A stretch of DNA of 64,000 nt, from assembly GCA_963714085.1 (NCBI GenBank), contig OY970229.1, forward strand, positions 864,001 through 928,000. The letters are read 5' to 3'. Made by a program: the position numbers and the translations under genes. Numbering within the stretch: position 1 is the first letter of the stretch; every line of letters begins with the position of its first letter. Positions 49,528 to 58,721 of the stretch are shown here, one piece after another. Under the pieces are notes generated by a model that searched no databases, had not been told where the DNA came from, and saw nothing but the letters and a program-made list of their open reading frames with translations. The DNA is from an uncultured Candidatus Micrarchaeota archaeon. Lineage in GTDB: Archaea; Micrarchaeota; Micrarchaeia; Anstonellales; Bilamarchaeaceae.

Positions 49528-49894
49528 TCGATATCACCCCGCCGCTGTTCCTGACGATCATGTTCCCGGTGCTTATGTTCGTCGCATTGACATTGTCTGT
49601 GAGAAGGGGCAGGTATGCGGCCCCGTAGACGGAGCTCGCCTCGACCACCCCATTCGCTATCGTGACGTTGGTCCCGCTGGTCTCTATCGTGGTGTTGTAC
49701 ACCGTCCCGTCCCCGGCGAGATAGACGTAGTCTATCGCGGATTGGACCGCGGAGGCTACGCGCATGGTGACGATATTGCTGTTCGCCTGCTGCGAATTGA
49801 CCAACTGGCTGCTATAAATCATGTAAAGCATGAAGAAAAGCACTAGGATGACGCTGACCACGACCATGAACTCCGCGGCGACCTGCGCCCGCAT
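49520..49894 (-). CDS. Minor pilin-like protein
   Basis: MRA|QVAAEFMVVVSVILVLF. Confidence 0.78.
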   Translation of the reverse strand: MRAQVAAEFMVVVSVILVLFFMLYMIYSSQLVNSQQANSNIVTMRVASAVQSAIDYVYLAGDGTVYNTTIETSGTNVTIANGVVEASSVYGAAYLPLLTDNVNATNISTGNMIVRNSGGVISIG

Positions 49895-49920
49895 CAGAAG
49901 GCGCGGACGGGCTGCACCGG

Positions 49921-51357
49921 TCAGAAATTCGACTGGTGCCTGTCCCCGTAGTCGTCTTCCTTCCTCCAACAGAATCCTCTCCTTATTTCAATCCCCTTCT
50001 TGGTGATGTTGAAGCTGCACAGCTCCGTGGTGTGGTTTGTGTTCCTCATCTTCACGATCTCTATGGCCCTGGTCCTCTTGTTGCCGCGCCTCAGGTTGTA
50101 GAGGTGTATTATGCCGTCCGTGAGGAAGCCCATCCTGCCCTGGGGCGCGGAGCTGGGGGTGAGGGGATCTTCGGAGGTCACCAGGGTGGTGCAGTTCAGG
50201 CCGTGCAGCATTTCGAACAGCTCCAGTATCGAGCGGTTCGCCTCGTACTCGGTGTTGAATAGCAGGAAATACGCGCTCAGCGAGTCTATCACTAGCCGCT
50301 GCGTGCCGCTGGACTCTATCATGTCCTTTATGGAGCCGCCGCCCGCGCTTATGATATCCTTTATCTCGTGGGGCTCGTACCTGGCGAAGATGAACTTCTT
50401 ATCCTTCTCCAGCTTCTCGAAGTCCCAGCCGAAGAGCATGCCCCGCTTGAATATGGCCTCGCGCGACTCCGCGAATGACAGGTACATGCCCGGCTCGTTG
50501 TACTTCGTGGCCCCGTACCAGAGGTACTGGAGCGCCAAGATGGTCTTACCGACACCAGAAGTGCCCTTGACGACTATGGAGTTGTTGCGCTCCAGGCCCC
50601 CCTGGATCATCTCGTTAAGTCCTGGCACGCCTGTTTTAACGCGGTCGCTGCGGGCTGATTTCGGCTTCGCCTTCTTTGCGGTTGCCTCTGCTTCCTGCTC
50701 ACGGACCGGTTCATCCACTGTTTCAAACTGCAGTTTCGGCTTCTTGGCGATGACTTCTGCTTCCTGTTTCCGGACCGGGATATCAGCCTCAGGCTGCATC
50801 TCCGGCTTCTTCGCCACGGTTTCTATTTCTTGGCCCTGGATTGCGACCTCAGCTTTGGTTTCAGGCTGCAGCTTCGGTTTCTGCTTTTTGACCATTGTTT
50901 CTGCTTCCTGTTTCCGGACCGGGATGTCAGCCTCAGGCTGCGTCTTAGGCTTCGCCTTCTTTGCGGTTGCCTCTGCTTCCTGCTCACGGACCGGCTCAGC
51001 CACTGTTTCAGGCTGCGTCTTCGGCTTCTTGGCAATAACCTCTGTTTCCTGCTCACGTACCGGAACCTCAGCCACTGTTTCAGGCTGCAGTTTCGGCTTC
51101 TTGGCGATGACTTCTGCCTCCTGTTTCCGGACCGGGGCATCAGCCTCAGGCTGCATCTTCGGTTTCGCCTTCCTTGCCATAAATCGCGGATGCGGCTTCG
51201 GTTTCTTGGTCACGTATCGATATCTCAGCTTCGGTTTCTGCTTCTTAGACATAGAGTGCCAGAAGTCCTGGATCGCCAAGATGGTCTTGCCCACTCCGAA
51301 GGTCGACTTCTTGGCCCTGGATCGAGATCGGTGCTTCGGTTTCGCCTTCTTGGCCAT
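49921..51357 (-). CDS. KaiC/RecA-superfamily ATPase with a long N-terminal repeat region
   Basis: VKTGVPGL..GG, GTSGVGKT, SFAES, LVIDSLS, RAIEIVKMR. Confidence 0.88.
   Translation of the reverse strand: MAKKAKPKHRSRSRAKKSTFGVGKTILAIQDFWHSMSKKQKPKLRYRYVTKKPKPHPRFMARKAKPKMQPEADAPVRKQEAEVIAKKPKLQPETVAEVPVREQETEVIAKKPKTQPETVAEPVREQEAEATAKKAKPKTQPEADIPVRKQEAETMVKKQKPKLQPETKAEVAIQGQEIETVAKKPEMQPEADIPVRKQEAEVIAKKPKLQFETVDEPVREQEAEATAKKAKPKSARSDRVKTGVPGLNEMIQGGLERNNSIVVKGTSGVGKTILALQYLWYGATKYNEPGMYLSFAESREAIFKRGMLFGWDFEKLEKDKKFIFARYEPHEIKDIISAGGGSIKDMIESSGTQRLVIDSLSAYFLLFNTEYEANRSILELFEMLHGLNCTTLVTSEDPLTPSSAPQGRMGFLTDGIIHLYNLRRGNKRTRAIEIVKMRNTNHTTELCSFNITKKGIEIRRGFCWRKEDDYGDRHQSNF
50660..51180 (-). 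repeat. In-frame tandem repeats (about 7 units of 23-26 aa)
   Basis: Unit approximately AKK(AK)PK.QPE....PVR.QEAE. Visible as DNA repeats. Confidence 0.9.
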
Positions 51358-51407
51358 GGATTCAAATGATAAGTTAACCTATATAAAGATGACTCGCGGC
51401 CACCCGC

Positions 51408-52925
51408 TCAGATTGCCGCCGTAATCTCCTTCCCGAGCCCCTCGAACTGCCTCAGCCAGGCGCGCCTGTTCTCCCGCAACTCCGCGGTCATCCGCTTGTA
51501 CTCCTTTTCGCCGTAGTAAACCGAAGGATCGAACACGCCCAGGTCCACGTCTTCTGCCCTGATCGCGACCTCGTACCCCCAGTCCGGGTCTTTCTTCCAG
51601 ACCAAGGTGCCCCGTGCCGCGTCCGCGAGCAGCCGCGCGGAATCGTAGACAGTTATCTTCTTCCCGTGTATGCTCCCGCTCGCGCCGAAGTATCCGGTGT
51701 CCAGCAGGTAGCATTCGATGTGAGGGTTCTGCCTCAGTATCTCGAGGAACCTGTTGCCCTCCTCGTCCTGCGGCCCGATGATGAACGGGTTCGTGCCGAC
51801 GACGTTGAGCGGCTTCCCGGCCTGGGTCGGGTCTCCTGCGGAGGACTCCACGGACTCGCCGAGCATGAAGAACGCCGCGGCCTGCTCCTGCGTCAGCCTC
51901 GCGATCGGAGGCACGATCGTCTTCTTCCTCGTGATGAAGACCATCATGTCCACGCGCTTGAGGTCTATGGAATCGTCTGTGAAGTCCAGCTCCTTTCTTA
52001 TCACGACCCCCCTCCCGTTGGACGTGATGCTGGAATCGAAGAAGTCCACCTTGCCCGTATCATCCACCTTCACGTTCTCCAGTATGGCATTGGACGAGAT
52101 CGCGCCCTTGTATAGAAGAGGCTGGGAGTCCGGCTCCAGCCCGTCGGTCTTTATGTAAAAGTTGTCCTCGGTCCCTATGGCCGAGCTGTCCTTGTTCAGC
52201 ATCACCACGTCGTCCTGCCTTATGATCACACCCTCGCCTTCGGAGGCGTCCAGCCAGTGGTGGTGGCAGGTGAGCGTGGTCTTGCCGGTGGCGCTCAGCC
52301 CGAAGAGTAGCATCCCTTTCTCCACGATGCTGCCGTCCTTGCGCCTGGCCCGGAGCAGCTTGGAGCCGGCGTGCAGGCCGAGTCCGCCCCTCTTCGTCTT
52401 GTGGTGGTACATCATCATGCGCAGGCCGGCCTTCTTTATCTCGCCGCAGTAATCGGAGCCGAGTATGAAGGTCGTGAACGAGACCGGGTCCACGAGTACC
52501 TTCCGCTCCGGCCATTCCGGGACGTCCACGATTACGAAATCGGGCTTCCTGTCCTTGGTTTCCGGCATGAAGAGCATCTGCCCCCACATGTACGCCAATC
52601 GCGCGTATCTCTCTGTCACGTACAATCGTATGAGCGTCCTGTAGCCCTTGTGCATGCACATCACGCGGTCCACCGCGATGAGCTTCCTGCCTTTGAGATA
52701 AGCGGAGACCTTGGCCAGTGCTTCACTCTGTTGCGCATTCGCTTCAAAGACTATCTCTGTGAATTTCGCGCTCCTGGAGCGCACTGCGCTTATGTAGCTC
52801 GCGCTCCCGTACTCGGTCGTGCGCTCGTCCGGCTTCGCTAATTTCCGGAGCTCGTCAGGGCTCGCGTCCCAGAGCGCGTCCTTCTTTGCGATCGAGCCGA
52901 CCGCCTCCAGGAAGGGATTCGCCAT
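51408..52925 (-). CDS. pckA: Phosphoenolpyruvate carboxykinase (ATP)
   Basis: YCGEIKK, LHAG, FGLSATGKTTL, QDD, FYIKT, ENV, NGR. Confidence 0.9.
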   Translation of the reverse strand: MANPFLEAVGSIAKKDALWDASPDELRKLAKPDERTTEYGSASYISAVRSRSAKFTEIVFEANAQQSEALAKVSAYLKGRKLIAVDRVMCMHKGYRTLIRLYVTERYARLAYMWGQMLFMPETKDRKPDFVIVDVPEWPERKVLVDPVSFTTFILGSDYCGEIKKAGLRMMMYHHKTKRGGLGLHAGSKLLRARRKDGSIVEKGMLLFGLSATGKTTLTCHHHWLDASEGEGVIIRQDDVVMLNKDSSAIGTEDNFYIKTDGLEPDSQPLLYKGAISSNAILENVKVDDTGKVDFFDSSITSNGRGVVIRKELDFTDDSIDLKRVDMMVFITRKKTIVPPIARLTQEQAAAFFMLGESVESSAGDPTQAGKPLNVVGTNPFIIGPQDEEGNRFLEILRQNPHIECYLLDTGYFGASGSIHGKKITVYDSARLLADAARGTLVWKKDPDWGYEVAIRAEDVDLGVFDPSVYYGEKEYKRMTAELRENRRAWLRQFEGLGKEITAAI

Positions 52926-52978
52926 GATCCGTTGATTCCAAGTTAATGTTTTAATTATGCGACGCCCAGAATCATCAT

Positions 52979-53611
52979 ATGGAAAAGGAACTGCTCGGAT
53001 CCGTGGAAGCGCTCAAACGCGGGAGAACAGGCTCGCTAGTGCGAAGGCGCATGAAGGAATTCAGGCAGGCCGGGAAGGGATCAGGGAGCCGCCTGTTCAG
53101 CGAGCTCTGCTTCTGCATACTCACGGCCAACTACACTGCCGAGGGCGGCATAAGGATACAGAAGGACATGGGCAACGATTTCTGCACCCTGGATGAAAAG
53201 GAACTCGCGAAAAGGCTCAAATCCCTGGGCCACCGCTTCCCGAACACCAGGGCGAGGTACATCTCCGAGGCCAGGAGGCACAGGGTGGACGTGGAGAGCA
53301 TGTGGAGCACCTGCTCGAGCAGCGAACTCCGCGAGTGGCTGGTCCGGAACGTCAAGGGATTGGGGTACAAGGAGGCGAGCCATTTCCTGCGGAACACAGG
53401 AGCCACGGACCTGGCGATAATCGATTTCCACATAATAGACGTGCTCGCGCGCAACGGGCTAATCAAGAAGCCGAAGTCCAAATCCCTCTCAAGGAAGAGG
53501 TACCTGGAGATCGAGAAGGTCCTCGCCCGTCTCGCGGCTAAAGCCAACGTCAGCCTCGCGGAGCTGGACCTCCACCTCTGGTACCTCGAGACCGGGAAGA
53601 TACTGAAATAA
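52979..53611 (+). CDS. ogg: 8-oxoguanine DNA glycosylase/AP lyase
   Basis: ELCFCILTAN, HRFPN, KGLGYKEASHFLRN, AIIDFH, and C-terminal GKILK. Confidence 0.93.
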   Translation: MEKELLGSVEALKRGRTGSLVRRRMKEFRQAGKGSGSRLFSELCFCILTANYTAEGGIRIQKDMGNDFCTLDEKELAKRLKSLGHRFPNTRARYISEARRHRVDVESMWSTCSSSELREWLVRNVKGLGYKEASHFLRNTGATDLAIIDFHIIDVLARNGLIKKPKSKSLSRKRYLEIEKVLARLAAKANVSLAELDLHLWYLETGKILK

Positions 53612-53613
53612 CA

Positions 53614-53647
53614 TATAAGCTTATAAATATATAAGTGCATACTTATA
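53614..53647. promoter_or_regulatory. ArsR-type operator overlapping the promoter
   Basis: tataagcttata palindrome (53614-53625) and tataagt-gcat-acttata (53630-53647) directly before the arsR ATG. Confidence 0.65.
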
Positions 53648-53649
53648 AT

Positions 53650-53898
53650 ATGAATAACGAAGTTTTGCGGGCCGTGGCGGACGTCACCCGCCTGAAGCTC
53701 CTGGAAAAGATATCCGGGGGCGAGGTATGCGCATGCGAGCTCCCCAGCACGGTCAAAACGAGCCAGCCCGCCGTATCACAGCACCTCAAGGTCCTTTTGG
53801 GCGCAGGGCTCGTGTCGGTGAGGAAAGAAGGGGCCAAGCGCCTATATTCCGTTTCGGATACTGGCAGGCGCGTCCTGCGCGACATCCACGGGTGGTAA
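53650..53898 (+). CDS. arsR: ArsR/SmtB family transcriptional repressor
   Basis: ADVTRLKLL, EVCACEL, SQPAVSQHLKVL..AGLV. Confidence 0.9.
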   Translation: MNNEVLRAVADVTRLKLLEKISGGEVCACELPSTVKTSQPAVSQHLKVLLGAGLVSVRKEGAKRLYSVSDTGRRVLRDIHGW

Positions 53899-53899
53899 T

Positions 53900-54127
53900 A
53901 TGAAAATCGAGATTCTCGGCGGCGGCTGCGCGAACTGCGCGAAGCTCTACGAAAACGCGAGGAAGGCGGTTTCGGAATCCGGCAGGAAAGCAACAATCGT
54001 AAAAATCACTGATTACGCAAAAATCGCTTCACACGGAGTCATGCGCACTCCGGCGCTCGTGATTGACGGCGAGATAAAATCCGAAGGAAGGGTCCCGAGT
54101 GCCGACGAGATACGGAAACTGCTGTGA
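53900..54127 (+). CDS. Small thioredoxin-family redox protein (MTH895-like)
   Basis: ILGGGCANC, GVMRTPALVIDG, GRVP. Confidence 0.9.
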   Translation: MKIEILGGGCANCAKLYENARKAVSESGRKATIVKITDYAKIASHGVMRTPALVIDGEIKSEGRVPSADEIRKLL

Positions 54128-54133
54128 TGGGCC

Positions 54134-55090
54134 ATGGACATCTTCGAACAATTCGCGTCCTGGCTGATAAACGGCGCCATGGGAATCGCCGCGGGCAGCC
54201 GGCTCAGCGACGTGGCAGTCTATTTCGTTGCGGACATAACCAAGATATTCATACTCCTGGGAGTCATGATTTTCCTTGTTTCCGTCCTCCGCACCTTCAT
54301 CACGCCGCAAAAGGTCAAGAAATGGCTCGGCGGAAGAAAGGAAGGGATCGGCAACGTGCTTGCGGCCCTGCTCGGGGTCCCGACGCCATTCTGCTCGTGC
54401 TCGGCAGTGCCGCTGTTCATCGGCTTCGTGGAAGCTGGTGTCCCACTTGGCGTGACATTCTCGTTCCTGGTATCCGCTCCGCTGGTGAACGAAGTGGCGG
54501 CCGCGCTCCTGCTCGGCCTTTTCGGCTGGAAGATCGCGGCGCTGTACATTGGCACAGGGCTTTTCATAGCGATTTTCGCAGGCATAGCGATTGGAAGGAT
54601 GAACATGGAAGGCGAAGTGGAGGATTTCGTTTACGAAATCCGCTCGAAGCAGCTGAAAGAGAATAAGATGACCTGGAACGGGCGCATCGATTTCGCGAAA
54701 AGCGAGACCGTGGACATAACCAAGCGCGTGGCGCCTTACCTCGTATTGGGGGTCGTGCTGGGGGCATTCATCCATGGATTCGTGCCGGTCGGATTCCTGG
54801 TCGGTATCGCGGGCCCTGGCAACCCTCTGGCAGTGCCCGTCGCAGTGCTCATCGGAGTCCCGCTCTATTCCAATGCCGCCGGAACAATCCCCATAGTGCA
54901 GGCGCTCATGGCCAAGGGCATGGCGCTCGGCACCGCGCTGGCATTCATGATGAGCGTCACGGGGCTATCGCTGCCTGAGATGATAATCCTGAGGAAAGTC
55001 CTCAAGCCGAAACTGCTCGCGCTTTTCGCGCTCATCCTGGCGGTCTCGTTCGTGGTCGTGGGGCTGCTCTTCAACGCAATCATGGCTTAG
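54134..55090 (+). CDS. ArsP/DUF318 family permease
   Basis: TPFCSCSAVP, GVPLYSN, GLSLPE. Confidence 0.9.
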   Translation: MDIFEQFASWLINGAMGIAAGSRLSDVAVYFVADITKIFILLGVMIFLVSVLRTFITPQKVKKWLGGRKEGIGNVLAALLGVPTPFCSCSAVPLFIGFVEAGVPLGVTFSFLVSAPLVNEVAAALLLGLFGWKIAALYIGTGLFIAIFAGIAIGRMNMEGEVEDFVYEIRSKQLKENKMTWNGRIDFAKSETVDITKRVAPYLVLGVVLGAFIHGFVPVGFLVGIAGPGNPLAVPVAVLIGVPLYSNAAGTIPIVQALMAKGMALGTALAFMMSVTGLSLPEMIILRKVLKPKLLALFALILAVSFVVVGLLFNAIMA

Positions 55091-55092
55091 GT

Positions 55093-55449
55093 CTATTGCA
55101 CGATTACGGTCCCGGTCATGCTCGTATGTATCGCGCAGTGGTACTGGTAAGTCCCAGCCTTGTCGAACACGTGGCTGTAGCTCTGCCCGGGTTCGATCGC
55201 TCCGGAGTCGAAATCCGTACCGGTCACCGTATGCGCGACCGGATCCTGGTTCGTCCACGTCACCGTCGCGCCTTTTGCGACCGTGATGGTGGCGGGCTGG
55301 AACGCGAAGCTGGTTATCATGACGGACGCCGGCGTTGCGCCGGTTGCGTTCGTCATTCCCGTATGGTTCTGCTGCGGCGCAACAGTCTGCGTGCAGCCCG
55401 CGGCCATGAATATCAACGCGAGCAATGCGGCGAAAATCATTTTTTTCAT
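55093..55449 (-). CDS. Cupredoxin (blue copper) lipoprotein
   Basis: Lipobox-like AAGC, WTNQD..AHTV, and YHCAIHTSM carrying type-1 Cu ligands. Confidence 0.9.
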   Translation of the reverse strand: MKKMIFAALLALIFMAAGCTQTVAPQQNHTGMTNATGATPASVMITSFAFQPATITVAKGATVTWTNQDPVAHTVTGTDFDSGAIEPGQSYSHVFDKAGTYQYHCAIHTSMTGTVIVQ

Positions 55450-55466
55450 ATTCTCAATCCCTCTGT

Positions 55467-55715
55467 TCAGAACGGTATCCCGAAAGTCATAATCGCGACC
55501 GCGGCATGTATGATGACCGAGAGGAAGAAAAGCCTCCAGTACCAGCAGTGGTGGTCGAACACCCACCTGTACCATGGCTTTTTCAGCATCTCGTTCACGA
55601 ACTTCAGGCCCACCAGGCACCTGCAGGTGAAGAACACCGCGAGCATGCAGATCACATTCGTGATGCCGAGCAGCACCACCAGCTTTATCCCCAGGACCGG
55701 ATCTATGAGCGGCAT
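55467..55715 (-). CDS. Small 2-TM protein with His/Cys motifs
   Basis: FFTCRC and DHHCWYW...SVIIHA. Confidence 0.7.
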   Translation of the reverse strand: MPLIDPVLGIKLVVLLGITNVICMLAVFFTCRCLVGLKFVNEMLKKPWYRWVFDHHCWYWRLFFLSVIIHAAVAIMTFGIPF

Positions 55716-55719
55716 CCCA

Positions 55720-56013
55720 TCACTCCTTCGCCCGCACGAAAAGCGAGCACCAGCATTCCCCCTTCTCCCGCCAGGTCTTCTGGACCTTGAAGTTGCACGG
55801 GCAGACGAGCTTCAAATCCTCTTCCCTGTTCTTGGTGGTCATCCTGCACGGGCAGTACTTGAGGCCGTGGTTCTTTTCGTTGTTCAGGACTCCCCTCGCG
55901 AGCATCTCGACCCGTCCCCTGTCCGGGTTTAGCATGAACCTGTCGTCCTGGGACTGGCGCGCCACGAAATCCTCCCAGATGGCGATGAGCCCCTTCACTT
56001 CCCGGTCGCCCAT
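55720..56013 (-). CDS. Ferredoxin:thioredoxin reductase catalytic beta-like subunit
   Basis: LNPD, YCPCR, VCPC, ECWCSLF. Confidence 0.9.
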   Translation of the reverse strand: MGDREVKGLIAIWEDFVARQSQDDRFMLNPDRGRVEMLARGVLNNEKNHGLKYCPCRMTTKNREEDLKLVCPCNFKVQKTWREKGECWCSLFVRAKE

Positions 56014-56273
56014 GCCTTCAGCTCCTCGTATGGCACTTCCCCGCAAAGCGCCTTCTTGCCCTTCTCGTCTATGAAAGCCGGAGTTCCTAGAATACCGCCG
56101 CTAGCCTCCATTATGATCTTCCCGTATTTGCGCATCCTGTCAGCGTTCCTCTCGTTGTGCCATACCTCCAGCTTCTCGATCTTGACCCCCTCCTCCTTCT
56201 CAAGGCGCTCGACAAGCGGCATCATGGCGTTGCAGTGCGGGCATTCCGCCCCGTAGAACATGGTTATCTTCAT
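55995..56273 (-). CDS. Glutaredoxin/thioredoxin-like protein
   Basis: FYGAECPHC, EVWHN, GTPAF. Confidence 0.88.
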   Translation of the reverse strand: MKITMFYGAECPHCNAMMPLVERLEKEEGVKIEKLEVWHNERNADRMRKYGKIIMEASGGILGTPAFIDEKGKKALCGEVPYEELKAWATGK

Positions 56274-56527
56274 AGTCCGATCACTGTCTTGAACTCCTGC
56301 AGGCTTATCTCGACATAGGAGTCCGGTGTCATGCAGGTCGGGCACGTCTCCGGCGGCTCTGAATTGAGGTGCAGATCGTTGCACACGTTGCAGCGCCAGA
56401 GCTTTCTCTCCCCCATCTTGGCGAGCGCCTTCTCCACGTCCGCCTTTCCGCACGGCGCGAAGCCGTCCGGCGCGTTGATGCCGAAGTGGATATTACCTGC
56501 CTTGTCCTTGAAGAGTTTCTTGTCCAT
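56270..56527 (-). CDS. Rubredoxin-like domain protein
   Basis: WRCNVCNDLH...PPETCPTC. Confidence 0.8.
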   Translation of the reverse strand: MDKKLFKDKAGNIHFGINAPDGFAPCGKADVEKALAKMGERKLWRCNVCNDLHLNSEPPETCPTCMTPDSYVEISLQEFKTVIGL

Positions 56528-56530
56528 GGG

Positions 56531-57052
56531 TCACGCCTTCTTCATGTGCTTGGCGAGGTCGTCCAGGAACACCTTCGCCCTATCCCGCCATGCCGGATCG
56601 ACCGGTTCTCCCTTCTGGTCGAAGATGCCGCTCACTCCGCTGAAATAGAGCGCCTCCCTTATATTGGCCATACGCAGCTCCACGGATACGAGCCGCAGCT
56701 GCTCCACTACCCTGGCGCCTCCCAGCGGACCGCCGGAGACTCCGCATATGCCAAGCGGCTTGCCCCAGTACTGCTGGTACAGGAGGTCGAGCATCATCTT
56801 CAGCTCGCCGGGATAGCCGTGGTTGTACTCCGGTGACACGATTATGATGCCATCAGCCTTCGTTATCTTGGGCGCGAGTTTTTTCGCCATCAATCCGGCC
56901 TGGGTGTTGTCAGTCGCCGGAACCCGATAATCCCGCACGTCTAAAATCTCGCTCTCTAATCCGTAACTCCTCGCTTCCCCAAGCATGAACCTGGCGACTT
57001 TCTCGGATTCCCTGCCTTCCCGGGCGGTGCCTAGCATTATTGGTACGTACAT
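56531..57052 (-). CDS. NADPH-dependent FMN reductase
   Basis: GTAREGRES, VSPEYNHGYPGELK, GVSGGPLGGAR. Confidence 0.92.
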   Translation of the reverse strand: MYVPIMLGTAREGRESEKVARFMLGEARSYGLESEILDVRDYRVPATDNTQAGLMAKKLAPKITKADGIIIVSPEYNHGYPGELKMMLDLLYQQYWGKPLGICGVSGGPLGGARVVEQLRLVSVELRMANIREALYFSGVSGIFDQKGEPVDPAWRDRAKVFLDDLAKHMKKA

Positions 57053-57062
57053 CGCAGCGCAC

Positions 57063-57662
57063 CTACTTGCATTCCTCGCACTCGCAGCCGGCGCACATCG
57101 CGTATCTCTGCCCGATGCTGTCCCAGTCGATGGCCTTGAAGAACGCGTCTATGTAATCCGCCTTCTTCAGGCCGTAGTCTACCATATACGCGTGCTCGAA
57201 CACATCCATGACCAGCAGCGGCTCGGCGCCGGCAAGGTGGCCCACATCGTGCTCGTTCACCCATATGTTGAACGTCTTTTTCGCATGCAGGTCGTAGACG
57301 AGCAGCACCCATCCTATGCCGCGCATCGCGCCTGTCGCCCTGAAGTCCTTCTCCCAATTCTCCAGCGAGCCGAAATCCTCAGCGATCTTCTTGGCGAGTT
57401 TGGAGTTCTTGTCTAGCGCCTTCCCCCCTTTCACCATGCTCCAGAAATAGAGCTCGTGCAGCCTCATGCCGTTGAACTCCCACCCGAAGCGCCGCTTAAG
57501 CTCGGAATATTCCGGAGTCCCAGGCGGCGTTTTCTCCAGGTCGATGAGCTTGTTCACGTTGGCCACGTACCCCTGGTATAGCGTGAAATGGTTCTTCAGC
57601 AGCGTGTCGCTGAATCCGGCTGTTCCGAGCAACCCCTCGAAATTCTTCGCTTCATAAGCCAT
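57063..57662 (-). CDS. sod: Fe/Mn superoxide dismutase with a Cys-rich C-terminal tail
   Basis: HFTLYQGYV, NGMRLHELYF, DVFEHAY, tail CAGCECEECK. Confidence 0.9.
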   Translation of the reverse strand: MAYEAKNFEGLLGTAGFSDTLLKNHFTLYQGYVANVNKLIDLEKTPPGTPEYSELKRRFGWEFNGMRLHELYFWSMVKGGKALDKNSKLAKKIAEDFGSLENWEKDFRATGAMRGIGWVLLVYDLHAKKTFNIWVNEHDVGHLAGAEPLLVMDVFEHAYMVDYGLKKADYIDAFFKAIDWDSIGQRYAMCAGCECEECK

Positions 57663-57722
57663 GATACCACCTAGGCAATCATGACTTGCAATCATTAAAA
57701 ATGCGCTGCCCCAGTGGAAAAA

Positions 57723-58721
57723 TCAGGCATGGTCCTGGAACTGCTGTGTGAACTTTCGCAGTGCCTCCAGCTTGGCCATCGCAGCACCGGAATCGATGGA
57801 TTTGCATGCAAGCCTAAGTCCCTTGCCGACGCTCTCCACCATACCGGCCACATAGATGGCGGCAGCGGCATTGAGCACGGATATATCCCTGGCGGCGCCC
57901 TTCTCTCCATTGAGCACGCCCATGGTTATGCGGGAGCTCTCCTGCTTCGAGCCCGCCTTCGGGATTTCCCTCCGGGAGATGCCGAAATCCGAGGCACGCA
58001 TGTCCCGCGTCCACATCTTACCGTCCCGGACCTCGCTGATCCTCGTGCGTCCCAGCCCAATCTCATCCATGCCATCGGAATGCACGACCAATGCCCTTTT
58101 CGTACCAAGGTCCAGCAGTACCCGGGCAATAATTTCGGTCAGCTCGGAGTCGAAAACGCCGAGTACCTGGGCGCTCGCTCCGGCTGGGTTGGCGAGCGGG
58201 CCGAGGATGTTGAAGACCGTGCGGGCGTTAAGCTCCTTCCTGACACCAGCCACGTTCTTCATGGCGGGATGGAAATAAGGTGCGAACATGAATCCTATGC
58301 CAATATCATTGATGCATCCGGCCACTTCTTCAGGCTGCAGCATCTTGACGCCCAGCTCCTCGAGCACGTCGGCCGAACCGCAGCTGCTGGACACCGCCCT
58401 GTTGCCGTGCTTGGCGATCGCCACGCCGGCCCCTGCCGCTATCAGCGCCGCGGTGGTGGAGATGTTGAACGTGCCGGACGAATCTCCTCCGGTTCCGCAT
58501 GTGTCAACGAGCGGCTCTCTCAAGGGTCGGATGGTCCTGGCATGGCTTCTCATTGCTTCGGCCAAGGCAGTGATCTCATCTTTGGTCGGTCCTTTCGTCT
58601 GCAGCGCGACAAGGAAGATTGCTTTCTTCAGGGGCTCTGAATCCGGGCTCATGAGCATGTCCATGGCGGCCCTGGCCTCATCCCGAGTGAGGTTCTTCCT
58701 CTGCATGAGTTTGCGATGCAT
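57723..58721 (-). CDS. trpD: Anthranilate phosphoribosyltransferase
   Basis: DTCGTGGD, FNIST, KHGNR, GSADVLE, FNILGPLANP, DGMDE. Confidence 0.96.
   Translation of the reverse strand: MHRKLMQRKNLTRDEARAAMDMLMSPDSEPLKKAIFLVALQTKGPTKDEITALAEAMRSHARTIRPLREPLVDTCGTGGDSSGTFNISTTAALIAAGAGVAIAKHGNRAVSSSCGSADVLEELGVKMLQPEEVAGCINDIGIGFMFAPYFHPAMKNVAGVRKELNARTVFNILGPLANPAGASAQVLGVFDSELTEIIARVLLDLGTKRALVVHSDGMDEIGLGRTRISEVRDGKMWTRDMRASDFGISRREIPKAGSKQESSRITMGVLNGEKGAARDISVLNAAAAIYVAGMVESVGKGLRLACKSIDSGAAMAKLEALRKFTQQFQDHA

Noticed and set aside
50660..51180. Tandem DNA repeats as a CRISPR array or mobile element
   Set aside because: Units are degenerate, preserve the reading frame and have no unique spacers.
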